NCBI RefSeq assembly: GCF_963921235.1
Contig: NC_086108.1
Coordinates: 101,930,001 to 101,994,000, forward strand
Direction of reading: 5' to 3'
Source: Mobula hypostoma
Taxonomy: Eukaryota
Length of the DNA stretch: 64,000 nucleotides
The number at the start of each line of letters is the position of its first letter. Positions within the stretch are counted from its first letter, which is position 1. Under the pieces are notes generated by a model. The model saw nothing but the letters and a program-made list of their open reading frames with translations, was not told where the DNA came from and searched no databases. Positions 50,539-63,360 of the stretch are shown one piece after another. Made by a program: the position numbers and the translations under genes.

Positions 50539-51767
50539 CAGGGATGGCCAAGATATGGCACATGCGCCCAAAGTAGCGCATTGGATGATTAGAAGTGACG
50601 CATTGCAACCCAATGATAATAATAAAAAAGTAAGCCTACTCATACAAAAAGTATTAACCAAAAACCGATTTGTAGAAAAAAAATCTATAACAGGAATTCA
50701 AGTAGCTTAGAGATAGAAAACAACAGGAATTCAGCAGATGCTGGAAATTCAAGCAACACACATCAAAGTTGCTGGTGAACGCAGCAGGCCAGGCAGCATC
50801 TCTAGGAAGAGGTACAGTCGACGTTTCAGGCTGAGACCCTTCGTCAGGACCTCTTTCTACAGACGCTGCCTGGCCTGCTGCGTTCACCAGCAACTTTGAT
50901 GTGTGTAGCTTAGAGATAGAAATGGGTTTTACTGAGAATAAATCTAAAACTTAGCAATTATTTTTAATGATTTTATTATTTTGTGCACATCTTTTGGTGA
51001 ATGTCATCTTCTTTCACATTAGCTGTTCTCAATTTTTAAAAAATGTTCAATGAGTCAAACTAGGAAAGAAGGACTTTTGTTCTGCAGTTATTCCATAACT
51101 GTTCAATACACGTTTGATACTTGTTTGATCCTGAGGCGCCAGGTGTCTGCACCAGCAGTGCGTCGCAGGTTTTTGCCAGTCAGTTTACAATTGACACTCG
51201 TGCGCTATGGAGTTGTGCTTTGTTCGTCCTTTGCGAACATTCGCAGTTTTGTACTTTTTTGAAAATTAAGCCTTGTTTTTACTTTCAGTTACCCATCACA
51301 GTGCAAAAGGAAATAAGCAAAAGAGAAGCAGGAAGTGATAGTAAGTGTGAATTCAATGAACAGTGGGAAAATGAGTTCCTATTTATAGTGGGTACGTCAG
51401 GAAAACCATTGTGCATTGTTTGTGAAAACACTTTCTCAATGATCTTAATAGACACTATCAAACACAACATCAGACTGAAATAGAAGGAAAACTGAAGCTA
51501 GTGCTCGGGTCTGAGTTACGGAAAGAATATATGATTGCAAAAAAGGAAGAAATCAAAAGAAGACAAAATATATTTGTTAAGTCTCATTAAGGTAAGTAAT
51601 GTTTATCTTGTTTTTATATTAAATCAATATATCAAGTAAAAATGCTAAATATGTCTATATTAACATATTTTTACAAGAACTGAATGGGGGTACAAGAGTT
51701 GTATGGCACATCTGAACTAGTGCACGAAAAAATTGATGCATGGAATGTAAAAGGTTGGCCACCCCTG
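50539..51767 (+). mobile_element. Internally deleted hAT (SPIN/GTF2IRD2-like) element
   Basis: TIRs CAGGGATGGCCAA / TTGGCCACCCCTG; TSD CCGTAAAC/CCATAAAC; BED-finger remnant FNEQWENEFLF...KPLCIVC...RHYQTQH. Confidence 0.88.
50720..50904. mobile_element. ~185-bp fold-back Penelope pLTR-derived element with a hammerhead motif
   Basis: 18-bp TSD GTAGCTTAGAGATAGAAA (50702-50719, 50905-50922); inverted arms; hammerhead core at 50816-50850 (-). Confidence 0.85.
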
Positions 51768-51784
51768 CCATAAACCATCATGTG

Positions 51785-52660
51785 GACGGTTATCTAGGAT
51801 TGCAAAGGCAATGGATTTTGTCACTTGTAGATCTCAGTCAGTTCAGATTGACAAAATCGTCTCCTCCACAATCTTCATTGACACAGGAGCACCGCGGGAA
51901 TGTGTACTTAGTCCCCTGCTCTACTCGCTTTACACCTATGACTGTGTGGCTAAGTACAGCTCCAACACCATCTCCCAGTTTGCCGATGACGGCACTGCTG
52001 TGGGCTGTATGAAAGGTGGCAATGAATCAGCATACAGGAGGGAGTTTGAAAACTTGGCTGAGTGAACCTCTCAGTCAATGTCAATAAGACCAAGGAACTG
52101 ATTATAGACTTCAGGAGAGGGAAACCAGAGGTCCATGAGCGAGTAATCATCAGAGGATCAGAGGTGGAGAGGGTCACTAACTTTAAATTTGTGGGTGTCG
52201 CTATTTCAGAGGACCTGTCCTGGACCCATCATATAAATATTATAGCAAAGAAAGCACAATAGTGCCTTTACTTCATCAGGATTCTGCAGAGGTTCAGCGT
52301 GTCATTGAAATCCTTGGCAAACTTCTATAGATGTGTGATAACTGGCTGCCTTACTGCCTGCTATGGGAACACCAAGGCCTTTGAGTGGAAAATCCTACAA
52401 AATGTAGTGGATTCAGCCCAGCACTTCATGGGCAACACCCTCGCAACCATTAAGCACATCTACATGAAACGTTGCCATAGAGAAGTAGCACCAATCATCC
52501 AGGATCCTCATAACACAGGCAATATTCTTTTCTCACTGCTGCTATTGGGTAGAAAGTACAGTAGCCTCAGGACTCGCACCACCAGGTTTGAGAACAGTTA
52601 CTACCCCTCAGCCATCAGGCTCTGGAACAAAAGAGGATAGCTACACTCATTTAAGAACTT
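51785..52660 (+). mobile_element. Rex1/Babar-like LINE 3' fragment
   Basis: TGAPRECVLSPLLYSLYTYDC...FADD; LSVNVNKTKELIIDFRR; RTRTTRFENSYYPSAIRL. Confidence 0.88.
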
Positions 52661-52769
52661 TGTTATATTGTTATCAATTGCAGCTTGTAATTTAAGAATG
52701 TATTTTTGTGCGGACTGAACAAATTGATTGGGAGATGTGTGCAGGTGTCATTGCACAAAGGTTGTCTAT

Positions 52770-54700
52770 TACCTGGAGAAAAACAACGTCATCGACTCAC
52801 ATGTGCAGAAGGCAGGTTTGCCGTGTTTCTCTGTCTGCTTGGAACATACAGGTATAATTTGACATCAAATATAAACCGCTAAAAGGGAAAGGAGAGACTT
52901 CGTATTTTTGGACCTCACCAATGCCTTTGGGTCGGTCTCACATAACCTCCTGTGGTGTCACTTGAATTCTCCCATGTATCAGTATGTGTTACTACCCTGG
53001 TCAAAACCTACTTTTGAGATCTTCAGTTCTCATTGATAACCACAGAGTACAACAGAGCCTGGAAGCCTGTGGAGGTAGGCCTAATGGCAGGTTGCACCAT
53101 CTCTCCACTGGCTTTTTCCATAGCAATGGAAACAATCATTAAAGCTTCTAAATGAGTGGTTGGAGGAAAACAACCGAAGTCAGGACTGTGCCTACCACCA
53201 ATCTGGGCACTTATGGATGATTGAACCATCCTGACAACTACCATCCCATGTACCAAATGAGAACCACCATTCAAACATCAAATGGGCCCAAATGACAAAT
53301 AAAACAACGAAGTCCAGGAGCATTTCTATAGTCAGGGGAAGGCTGGTTGACTATAAGTTCCATGTGGATGGGAAAGTAATTCCTACTGTGCCAGAAATGC
53401 CAGTTAAAAGCTTGGTGCATTGGTATGATGTAAACCTCAGTTATACAAATCAAGTGAAACATCTGAGAGAAGAAATCATCAAAGAGCTTAAAGCCATCTT
53501 TAAGACCTTGCCGCCAGGTATCCTCAAGCTCTGGTGCCTTCAGTTTGGATTGCACCCTTGGGTGTCGTGGCCACTGACTCTGTATGAACTCCCCATCACT
53601 CGTGTTGAAACGTTGGACAGGACAGTTAGTTCCTTCATTAAGAAGTGGCTGGGCCTACCAAGATCACGAAGTAACATCCACCTGTATGGCAAAGGAGCTC
53701 TGGAGTTGCCTGTCAAGGGGCTGACTGAAGAGTTCAAGTGTGCCAAGGTGAAGCTTGAGATGCTTCTCTCGGATTGTCTAGGATACTGCATCCAGGAGCT
53801 TAACAGGGAGAAAGTGGTGTCCAGCAGAGTCAGTAAATCAGGCAAAGGCAGCACTCAGGTTTGCAGACATGGTGGGCTAGGTACAATCTGGAAGAAGGGG
53901 CCTTGGCACAGGCTCAAATAGGCCCATTTGGCAAAGATGACAACATAAGAGCAAAGGTGAACTATGGTGCTGGAGGAAGTACAGCCACAGGAGCAGCAGA
54001 TGAGGTTTGCAAGAGCAGTGTCTCAGGCAAAATAAGGACAATGGGCAGGAGGGAAAACTGAGAAAAGAAAATTCAGCTGGACAACTTATTGGAAAAGTAA
54101 GGAAGAAAGATTAGCTATCTTACCAAAAGCAGTTTATGATGTTCTCCCATCTCCAAAAAATCCGAACCAGTAGCTCGGTGAAGACCCAGCTTGTCCACTC
54201 TGTGAAAGAACAGCAAACCTCAAGCACATCCTCTCATCTTGCAAAGTCAAACTCACTCAAGGAAGATGGACTTGGAGGCACAACCAGGTCCTCAGATGCT
54301 TGGCATCCATTGTGGAGAAGTAAAGGCTGAACAACAAGTCTAACCCCATATGAGTGGAATATGAGTGGAAGAACCATCATCCCCTTGGCCACAGATGCTG
54401 GGCAGCGTAGATGGAAGGTGTAGATTTTCCCAGTAGAGTTGGCTGCAGAGAATTTGTGGCTACCTCCATGGCTACATTACTGAAGGGATTGGGTCTCCGA
54501 GGCCACGGCCTGCGGCTTGTATAAAATATCTCTCAGAGGTAGCCGAGTGAAGCAGCCACTGGTTATGGATGAAGAGAAGTGATGGCAGCTGGGCCCTAAA
54601 ATGAGCCATGGGTGGCCAGATGTGAAGGGAGGTACATCTGGGATGCCGGGTTGCATTGTTGAGCCCTCTGGAGATGCAGTGGGCTTAAATTGACAAAACA
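52770..54700 (+). mobile_element. RLE-type non-LTR retrotransposon (Hero/NeSL-like), decayed
   Basis: FLDLTNAFGSVSH, GLMAGCTISPLAF, LMDD, KLWCLQFGL.P...WPLTLYE, IKKWLGLPRS, CPLC...KHILSSC...WRHNQVL zinc knuckle, FPVE.GCR endonuclease remnant. Confidence 0.85.
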
Positions 54701-55794
54701 TCTAAGGTGGGGTGCCCACCTGATGACCCCTGGGTAGTGTTTACCACCCACCAAGTGTCACCTCAAGATGTCTATGCCGTAACCCGAGTTAGGATCTGCC
54801 TTTCAAAGGGATAGAACCATCTAACCCTATGAGCTAAAAGTAATTCTTCTAAGATTTTATCACTTTCTCTGCCTCAAATTCTATTTTTCCCTTTTAGGAA
54901 AATAGCAAATATTTGAGGTTACCCTTTCTCTACTTTCTACTCTATTGTTAGAGATATGGAGAAGAATGTACTTATGCATAACCTTTGCTTAGAGAATGTT
55001 TAGTTATTAATCCTCAACAATAATAACCAATAAGGCACTATGAGAATCTCTATTACCTGACAAGTTAACAAGCACATGAAGCTACAAAACTAAATAACTG
55101 TGCATACCATCTTTGGCAAGATGCGCCAGTGACCAATGGAGACATCTTGAAGACAGCTTTCAAAACTGCTGGATATTGTTCTCTTTCTTCAAAATATAAT
55201 TCTAACTTGTCAGCTGGGATAAGTTGCAGCCTATAATTTAAGAACGTATATTTGTGTGGACTGAACAAATTGCTCGAGAGAAATGCACCGACGCAGTAGC
55301 TTGTCATCGTGCAAGGCTGCTGAGAAGATTTTAAAAGCAAGGAGTTTCTTTCAGCAGGTGATTTGTTTAGGAGAAGAGGGAGCCGTTGCTTAACAGAGTG
55401 GTCTTTGGAGTAGCGAGAGTCAGAGTAGTAGGGCTTTGGCTTATCGGGGCTTCAGCAAGGATGGGCTGAGGCGAGGCAAGGAGGTAAGTTACTTTAATGT
55501 CTCTTTTTCCCTCTAACTTAAGAATAGTGGGTATGATGGCAAGGCCAGTTTTCTTCTCTGGGTGTCAGTTGTGGGATATCCGGGAGACTTCCAGCCTAAC
55601 TGATGGCCACATCTGTGCCAGGTGCATCGAGCTGTAGCTCCTTAGAGGCCGAGCTGAGGAATGGCAGCTGCAGCTCGATGACATTTGTCTTGTTAGGGAA
55701 AGTGAGGAGGTGATCGATAGCAGCTCCAAGCAGGTTGTCACATTGAGGCCAAAGGAGACAGCTAAGCGGGTGACTGTCAGGTGAGGGAAGGGAG

Positions 55795-56017
55795 AGCAAC
55801 ACACACAAAATGCTGAAGGAACTCAGCAGGTCAGGCAGCCTCCAGGAACAGAGTACAGATGATGTTTTGGACCAAAACCCATTGGCAGGACTGATGAAGG
55901 GTTTCGGCCCGAAACGTCGTCAGTACCCTTTTCCTAGATGTGGACTGGCCTGCTGACTTCCTGCCGCATTTTGTGTGTGTTGCTCAGATTTCCAGCATCT
56001 GTAGATTTTCTCTTGTT
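55795..56017. mobile_element. ~220-bp fold-back Penelope pLTR-derived element with a hammerhead core
   Basis: 11-bp TSD AGGGAAGGGAG (55784-55794, 56018-56028); inverted arms; CTGATGAAGGGTTTCGGCCCGAAACGTC at 55891-55918. Confidence 0.83.
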
Positions 56018-57350
56018 AGGGAAGGGAGGGCATCAGGAAATGGAAAACACCCCAATGGCTGACCCCCTTAACAATAAGTACTCCATTTTGAGTACTGTTG
56101 GAGGGGACGACCTGCCTGGGGGAAGCAACAGTGGCCATGCCTCTGGCACTGTGTCTGGACCTGTGGCCCAGAAGGGTATGGAATGGAAGAGGATGGCAGC
56201 AGTAATTGGGGACAGAAAGGCAATTTTGTGGGCATGAAAAATAAACACCTTCCAGGTGCCCGGGTTCATGATGTTTCTGAAAGCATCCACAATACGTATC
56301 CTGAAAAGGGAGGGTGAGCAGCCAGAGGCCGTGGTACATATTGGTACCAACGACATAGGTAGAAAAAGGGAGGAGGTCCTGAAAACAGATTACAAGGAGT
56401 TAGGAAGGAAGCAGGACCTCAAGAGTAGTAACCTCAGGATTGCTACCTGTGCCACGCGACAGTGAGCATAGGCATAGAATGAGGTGGAGGATATGTATGT
56501 GCCTGAGGGATTAGAGCATGGGCAGGGATTGAGATTTCTGGATAACTGGGACCTCTTCTGGGGCAGATATGACCTACTCAAAAAGGATGGGTTGCACTTG
56601 AATTGAAGAATGAACCAATATCTTGGTAGGGAGGTTTGCGAATGCTATTGGGGAGGGTTTAAACTAGATTTGCAAGGGGCTGAGAAGTGAAGTGAAGAGG
56701 CAGAGGATGGGGTGGTTAGCACACAAGCAGAGACAGCTTATAGGATGTTTGTGAGGAAGGATAGGCAGGGGATAGAGCAAAGATGCACTCAGCCCGATGG
56801 TTTGCAATGTGTCTATTTTAATGCAAGGAGAATCAGAAACAAGGCAAATTAACTTAGAGTGTATATTAATATGTGGAAATATGACATTGTGGCCATTACA
56901 GAGACTTGGATGTCTCAGGGGCAGGAATGGCTTCTTAGAGTGCCAGGCTTCAGATGTTTCAAAAAGGACAGGGAGGGAGGCAAAAGAGGTGGGGGCATGG
57001 CATTGCTAATCAGGGATAGCTTTATGGCTGCTGAAAAGGAGGAAGTCATCGTGGGATTGTCTCATAAGTCAGTGTGGGTGGAAGTCAGAAACAGAAAGGG
57101 TCAATAACTATACTGGGAGTTTTGTATGGATCCCCCAGTAGTCACAGAGACATCAAGGAGGAGATAGGAAGGCAGATTCTGGATGATGCAATAATTATAG
57201 GGTTGTTGTGATGGGAGATTTTAACTTTCCTAATATTGACTGGGAGCTCCTTAGAGCAAGGGATTTCAATGGGGTGGAGTTTTTTTTGATGTGCTCAGGA
57301 AGGTTTCCTGAGGCAATATGTAGATAAGCCAAAAAAAGGAGATGCTGTAC

Positions 57351-60300
57351 ATAGAACATAGAATAGTACAGCACAGTACAGGCCCTTCGGCCCACAATGT
57401 TGTGCCGACCCTCAAACCCTGCCTCCCATATAAGCCCCCAACTTAGATTCCTCCATATACCTGTCTAGTAGTCTCTGAAACTTCACTCGCGTATCTGCAT
57501 CCACCACTGACTCAGGCAGTATATTCCATGCACCAACCACTCTCTGAGTAAAAAACCTTCCTCTAATATCCCCCTTGAACTTCCACCCCTTACCTTAAAA
57601 CCATGTCCTCTTGTATTGAGCAGTGGTGCCCTGGGGAAGAGGTGCTGGCTATCCACTCTATCTATTCCTCTTATTATCTTGTACACCTCTCTCCAAAGAG
57701 TAAAGTCCTAGCTCCCTTAATCTCTGATCATAATGCATACTTTCTAAACCAGGCAGCATCCTGGTAAATCTCCTCTGTACCCTTTCCAATGCTTCCACAT
57801 CCTTCCTCTAGTGAGGTGACCAGAACTGGACACAGTACTCCAAGTGTGGCCTAACCAGAGTTTTATAGAGCTGCATCATTACATCGCGACTCTTAAACTC
57901 TATCCCTCAACTTATGAAAGCTAACACCCCATAAGCTTTCTTAACTTCCCTATCCACCTGTGAGGCAACTTGCAGGGATCGATGGACATGTACCCCGAGA
58001 TCCCTCTGCTCCTCCACACTACCAAGTATCCTGCCATTTACTTTGTACTCTGCCTTGGAGTTTGTCCTTCCAAAGTGTACCACCTCACACTTCTCCGGGT
58101 TGAACTCCATCTGCAAATTCTCAGCCCACTTCTGCATCCTATCAATATCTCTCTGCAATCTTTGACAATCCTCTACACTATCTACAACACCACCAACCTT
58201 TTTGTCGTCTGCAAACTTGCCAACCCACCCATCTACCCCAACATCCAGGTCGTTAATAAAAATCACGAAAAGTAGAGGTCCCAGAACAGATCCTTATGGG
58301 ACACCACTAGTCACAATCCTCCAATCTGAATGTACTCCCTCCACCATCACCCTCTGCCTTCTGCAGGCAAGCCAATTCTGAATCCACCTGACCAAACTTC
58401 CCTGGATCCCATGCCTTCTAACTTTCTGAATAAGCCTACCGTGTGGAACCTTGTCAAATGCCTTACTAAAATCCATATAGATCACATCCACTACACTACC
58501 CTCATCTATATGCCTGGTCACCTCCTCAAAGAACTCTGTCAGGCTTGTTAGACATGATCTGCCCTTCACAAAGCCATGCTGACTGTCCCTGATCAGACCA
58601 TGATTCTCGAAATGCCTATAGATCCTATCTCTAAGAATCTTTTCCAACAGCTTTCCCACCACAGATGTAAGGCTCACTGGTCGATAATTACCCGGACTAT
58701 CCCTACTACTTTTTTTGAACAAGGGAACAACATTCGCCTCCCTCCAATCCTCCGGTACCATTCCCGTGGACAACGAGGACATAAAGATCCTAGCCAGAGG
58801 CTCAGCAATCTCTTCTCTCGCCTCGTGGAGCAGCCTGGGGAATATTCCGTCAGGCCCCGGGGAGTTATCTGTCCTAATGTATTTTAACAACTCCAACACC
58901 TCCTCTCCCTTAATATCAGCATGCTCCAGAACATCAACCTGACTCATATTGTCCTCACCATCATCAAGTTCCCTCTCATTGGTGAATACCGAAGAGAAGT
59001 ATTCATTGAGGACCTCGCTCACTTCCACAGCCTCCAGGCACATCTTCCCACCTTTATCTCTAATCGGTCCTACCTTCACTCCTGTCATCCTTTTTTTCTT
59101 CACATAATTGAAGAATGCCTTGGGGTTTTCCTTTACCCTACTCACCAAGGCCTTCTCATGTCCCCTTCTTGCTCTTCTCAGCGCCTTCTTAAGCTCCTTT
59201 CTTGCTTCCCTATATTCCTCAATAGACCCATCTGAACCTTGCTTCCTAAACCTCATGTATGCTGCCTTCTTCCACCTGACTAGATTTTCCACCTCACTTG
59301 TCACCCATGGTTCCTTCACCCCACCATTCTTTATCTTCCTCACCGGGACAAATTTATCCCTTACATCCCGCAAGAGATCTCTAAACATCGACCACATGTC
59401 CATAGTACATTTCCCTGCAAAAATATCATCCCAGTTCACACCTGCAAGTACTAGTCTTATAGCTTCATAATTTGCCTTTTCCCAATTAAAAATTTTCCTG
59501 TCCTCTTTGATTCTATCCTTTTTCATGATAATGCTAAAGGCCAGGGAGCGGTGGTCACTGTCCACCAGATGCTTACCCACTGAGAGATCTGTGACCTGAC
59601 CCGGTTCATTACCTAGTACTAGATTTAGTATGGCATTCCCCCTGGTCGGCCTGTCCACATACTGTGACAGGAATCCATCCTGGACGCACTTAACAAACTC
59701 TGCCCCATCTAAACCCTTGGAACTAATCAGGTGCCAATCAATATTAGGGAAGATAAAGTCACCGATGATAACAACCCTGTTATTTTTGCACCTTTCCAAA
59801 ATCTGCCTCCCAATCTACTCCTCTGTATCTCTATTGCTGCCAGGGGGCCTATAGAATACCCGCAGTAGAGTAACTGCTCCCTTCCTGTTCCTGACTTCCA
59901 CCCATATTGACTCAAAAGAGGATCCTGCTACATTACCCTCCCTTTCTGTAGCTGTAATAGTATCCCTGACCAGTAATGCCACCCCTCCTCCCCTTTTTCC
60001 GCCCTCTCTATCCCTTTTAAAGCACTGAAATCAAGGAATATTGAGAATCCATTCCTGCCCTGGTGCCAGCCAAGTCTCTGTAATGGCCACCACATCATAA
60101 TTCCATGTATGTATCCAAGCTCTCAGTTCATCACCTTTGTTCCTGATGCTTCTTTCATTGAGGTACACACATTTCAGCCCTTCTACCTTACTGTCATTAC
60201 AGAGTTTATTCTGCTTCTCTTTCCTCAAAGCCTCTCTGTATGTTAGATCTGGCTTTACTCAATGCACTTCTTTCACTGCTCTATCGCTCTGGGTCCCATC

Positions 60301-61605
60301 CCCCTCGCAAATTAGTTTAAACCCTCCCGAACCATGCTAGCAAACTTACCTGCAAGGATATTGCTCCCCCTCGAGTTCAGGTACAACCCATCCAATCTGT
60401 ACAGGTCCCACCTTCCCCAGAAGAGATCCCAATGATTGAAAAATCTAAAACCCTGCTCCCTGCACCAACTCCTCAGCCACACGTTCAACTGCCATCTCCT
60501 CCAATTCTTACCATCACAGTCACGTAGCACTGGCAGCAATCCTGAGAACGCCACCCTTGAGGTCCTGTTCTTCAGCCTTCTGCCTAATTCCCGAAACTCA
60601 CTCTTCAGGACCTCATCCCTCTTCCTGCCTATGTCGTTGGTCCCAACATGTATCACGACTTCTGGTTTCTTTCCCTCTCGTACCAGGATGTCGTGCACCC
60701 GGTCAGAGATGTCCCGGACCCTGGCACCCGGGAGGCAACAAACCATGCGGGTGTCCTTCTCACGTCCACAAAATCTCCTGTCTGCTCCCCTGACTATAGA
60801 GTCTCCAATGACGACAGCTCTGCTCTTCTCCGTCCCACCCTTCTGCACCACAGGGTCAGACTCAGCGCCGGAGGCCCTGCCACCGTGGCTCACACCTGGT
60901 CGGTCATCCCCGCCAATAGTATCTAGGACAGTAAACTTATTATTCAGGGGAATGGCTACAGGGGTGCTCTACACTACCTGTCTGCTCACCTTCGCTTTCC
61001 CCCCTCTGACTGTCACCCAATGACCTGCTTCCGACAGCCTAGGTGTGACTACCTCCCTGCAGCTCTCATCTATGACTGCCTCATTCTCCCTTGTGAGTAG
61101 AAGGTCATCCAGCTGCTGCTCCAGATTCCTTACATGGTCTTCCAGATCGCCCAGCCGTATGCATTCCTGGCAGATGTGACTCTGTGGGAGAGGGGTGTTC
61201 ATCCAAGACTGCCACATGAGAGGCACATCACCGTCTCAGGAGACATTGTAAAAACTAACTGCGAGCTAGCTTGTCCTCCGCCTCTTCGAGTCAAAGCCTC
61301 AAAGCTCCACTCCTTCACTGGCCCATTCACGCTCTGGCCACTTGCCACTGGCCGCTTCACTTGAGCTATCCCTCTATTTATCTGTTTGAGCTTTTCAAAA
61401 TGTTTGGTCACCTGACCTCGACTGCCCAATCAGCTGCTTTCTGCTGAGTCTGAGCTATTCAGATCTTGATTGTCTAAGCAATGGCTTTCTGCTGATCTAT
61501 TCAAATCTTGATTGACTTGATTGCACAGACCAACTGCCAAAACTGCCAGAATCTCTCGATCAAAGCCTCAAAGCTCCACTCCTTCACTGGCCCACTCACG
61601 CACTG
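57351..61605 (-). mobile_element. Near full-length CR1 LINE (ORF1 with SGNH esterase-like domain, ORF2 APE-RT)
   Basis: 7-bp TSD GCTGTAC (57344-57350, 61606-61612); ORF1 HICQEC and GDSIVRG...HVGTND; ORF2 AITETW, 501-aa ORF 58294-59799, FADD; (TTCTATG)n tail; a few stops and frameshifts. Confidence 0.95.
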
Positions 61606-62055
61606 GCTGTACTTGACTTGGTATTGGTAAATGAACCTGGTCAGGTGTTAGGCCTCTCAATGCGAGAGCATTTTGGAGATTGTGGTCAAACTCTATCTCC
61701 TTTACCATAGCGCTGGAGAGGGATAGGAGCAGAAGATTTGGGCATCTATTTAATTGGGGTAGGGGGAAATATGATGCTATTAGGCAGGAACTTGGGAGTA
61801 TAAATTTGGAGCAGGTATTCTCAGGGAAATGCACGGCAAAAATGTGGCAAATGTACATGGTGTACAAAGGATGTGGAAAATATAGTTAAAAAAAAGAAAA
61901 GCTTACAAAAGGTTCAATTATCTATGTACTAATAGAATTCCAGAAAATTACAAGGTTGCCAGAAAGGAGCTTACGAATTAAATTAGGGGAGAAGGGACCA
62001 CGAGAAGGCTATAGCGAGCAGGATTAAGGAAAACCACAAAGCATTCTACAAGTAT

Positions 62056-63360
62056 AGAAACAAAGAAACATAGAAAACCTACAGCACAATACTGGCCCTT
62101 CGGCCCACAATGTTGTGCCGAACATGTACTTACATTAGAAATTATCATAGCCCTCTATTTTTCTAAGCTCCATGTACCTGTCCAGGAGTCTCCTAAAAGA
62201 CCCTGTTGTATCCGCCTCCACCACCATCGCTGGCAGCCCATTCTACGCACTCACCACTCTCTGCGTAAAAAACTTACCCCTGATATATCCTCTGTACCTA
62301 CTTCCAAGCACCTTAAAACTCTGCCGCCTCATGCTAGCCATTTCCGCCCTGGGAAAAAGCCTCTGACTGTCCAAATGATCAATGCCTCTCATCATCTTAT
62401 ACACCTCTATCAGGCCACTTCTCATCCTGCGTCGCTCCAAGGAGAAAAGAAGGGACATGTTTGGCACAACTTTGTGGGACAAAGGGCCTGTATTGTGCTG
62501 TAGGTTTTCTATGTTTCTATGTTTCACTCTACCTATTCTCATAACTCATGCTCCAGAATCCAGGCAACATCCTTGTAAATCTGCTCTGCACACTTTCTAT
62601 AATTTCCACATCCTTTCTGTAGTGAGGTGACCAGAAATGAGCACAATATTCCAAGTGGGGTCTGACCAGGGTTCTACGTAGCTGCAACATTACCTCTCGG
62701 CTCTTAAACTCAATCTCACAGATGATGAAGACCAATGCACCGTATTCCTTCTTAACCACACAATCAACCTGTGTAGCAGCTTTGAGTGTCCCCTGGACTC
62801 AGACCCCAAGATCCCTCTGATCGTTCACACTGCCAAGAGTTTTACCATTAATGCTATATTTTGCCATCATATTTGACCTACCAAAATGAACCACCTCACA
62901 CTTATCTGTGTTGAACTCCATCTGCCACTTCTCAGCCCAGTTATGCATCATATTAATGTCCTGCTGTTACCTCTGACAGCCCTCCACACTATCAACAACA
63001 CCCCCAACCTTTGTATCAACAGCAAATATACTAACTGATCCCTCCACTTCCTCATTCAGGTCATTTATAAAAATCACGAAGAATAGAGGTCCTAGAACAG
63101 ATCCCTGAGGCACACCACTGGTCACCAACCTCCATGCAGAATATGACCCATCTACAAGCACTCTTTCTCTTCTGTGGGAAAGCCAATTCTGGATCCAGAA
63201 AGCAAGGTCCCCTTGATCCCATGCCTCCTTACTTTCTCAATAAGCCTTGCATGAGGTACCTTATCAAGAGCCTTGCTGAAATCCATATACACTACATCAT
63301 CTGCTCTAACTTCATCAACGTGTTTAGTCATATCCTCAAAAAATTCAATCAGGCTCATAA
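62056..63360 (-). mobile_element. 5'-truncated CR1 with rearranged 3' end
   Basis: [41 protein letters not shown] tail at ~62056; short inverted tail copy at ~62450-62525. Confidence 0.88.

Noticed and set aside
60436..61023. 195-aa plus-strand ORF
   Set aside because: Antisense shadow of CR1 ORF1.
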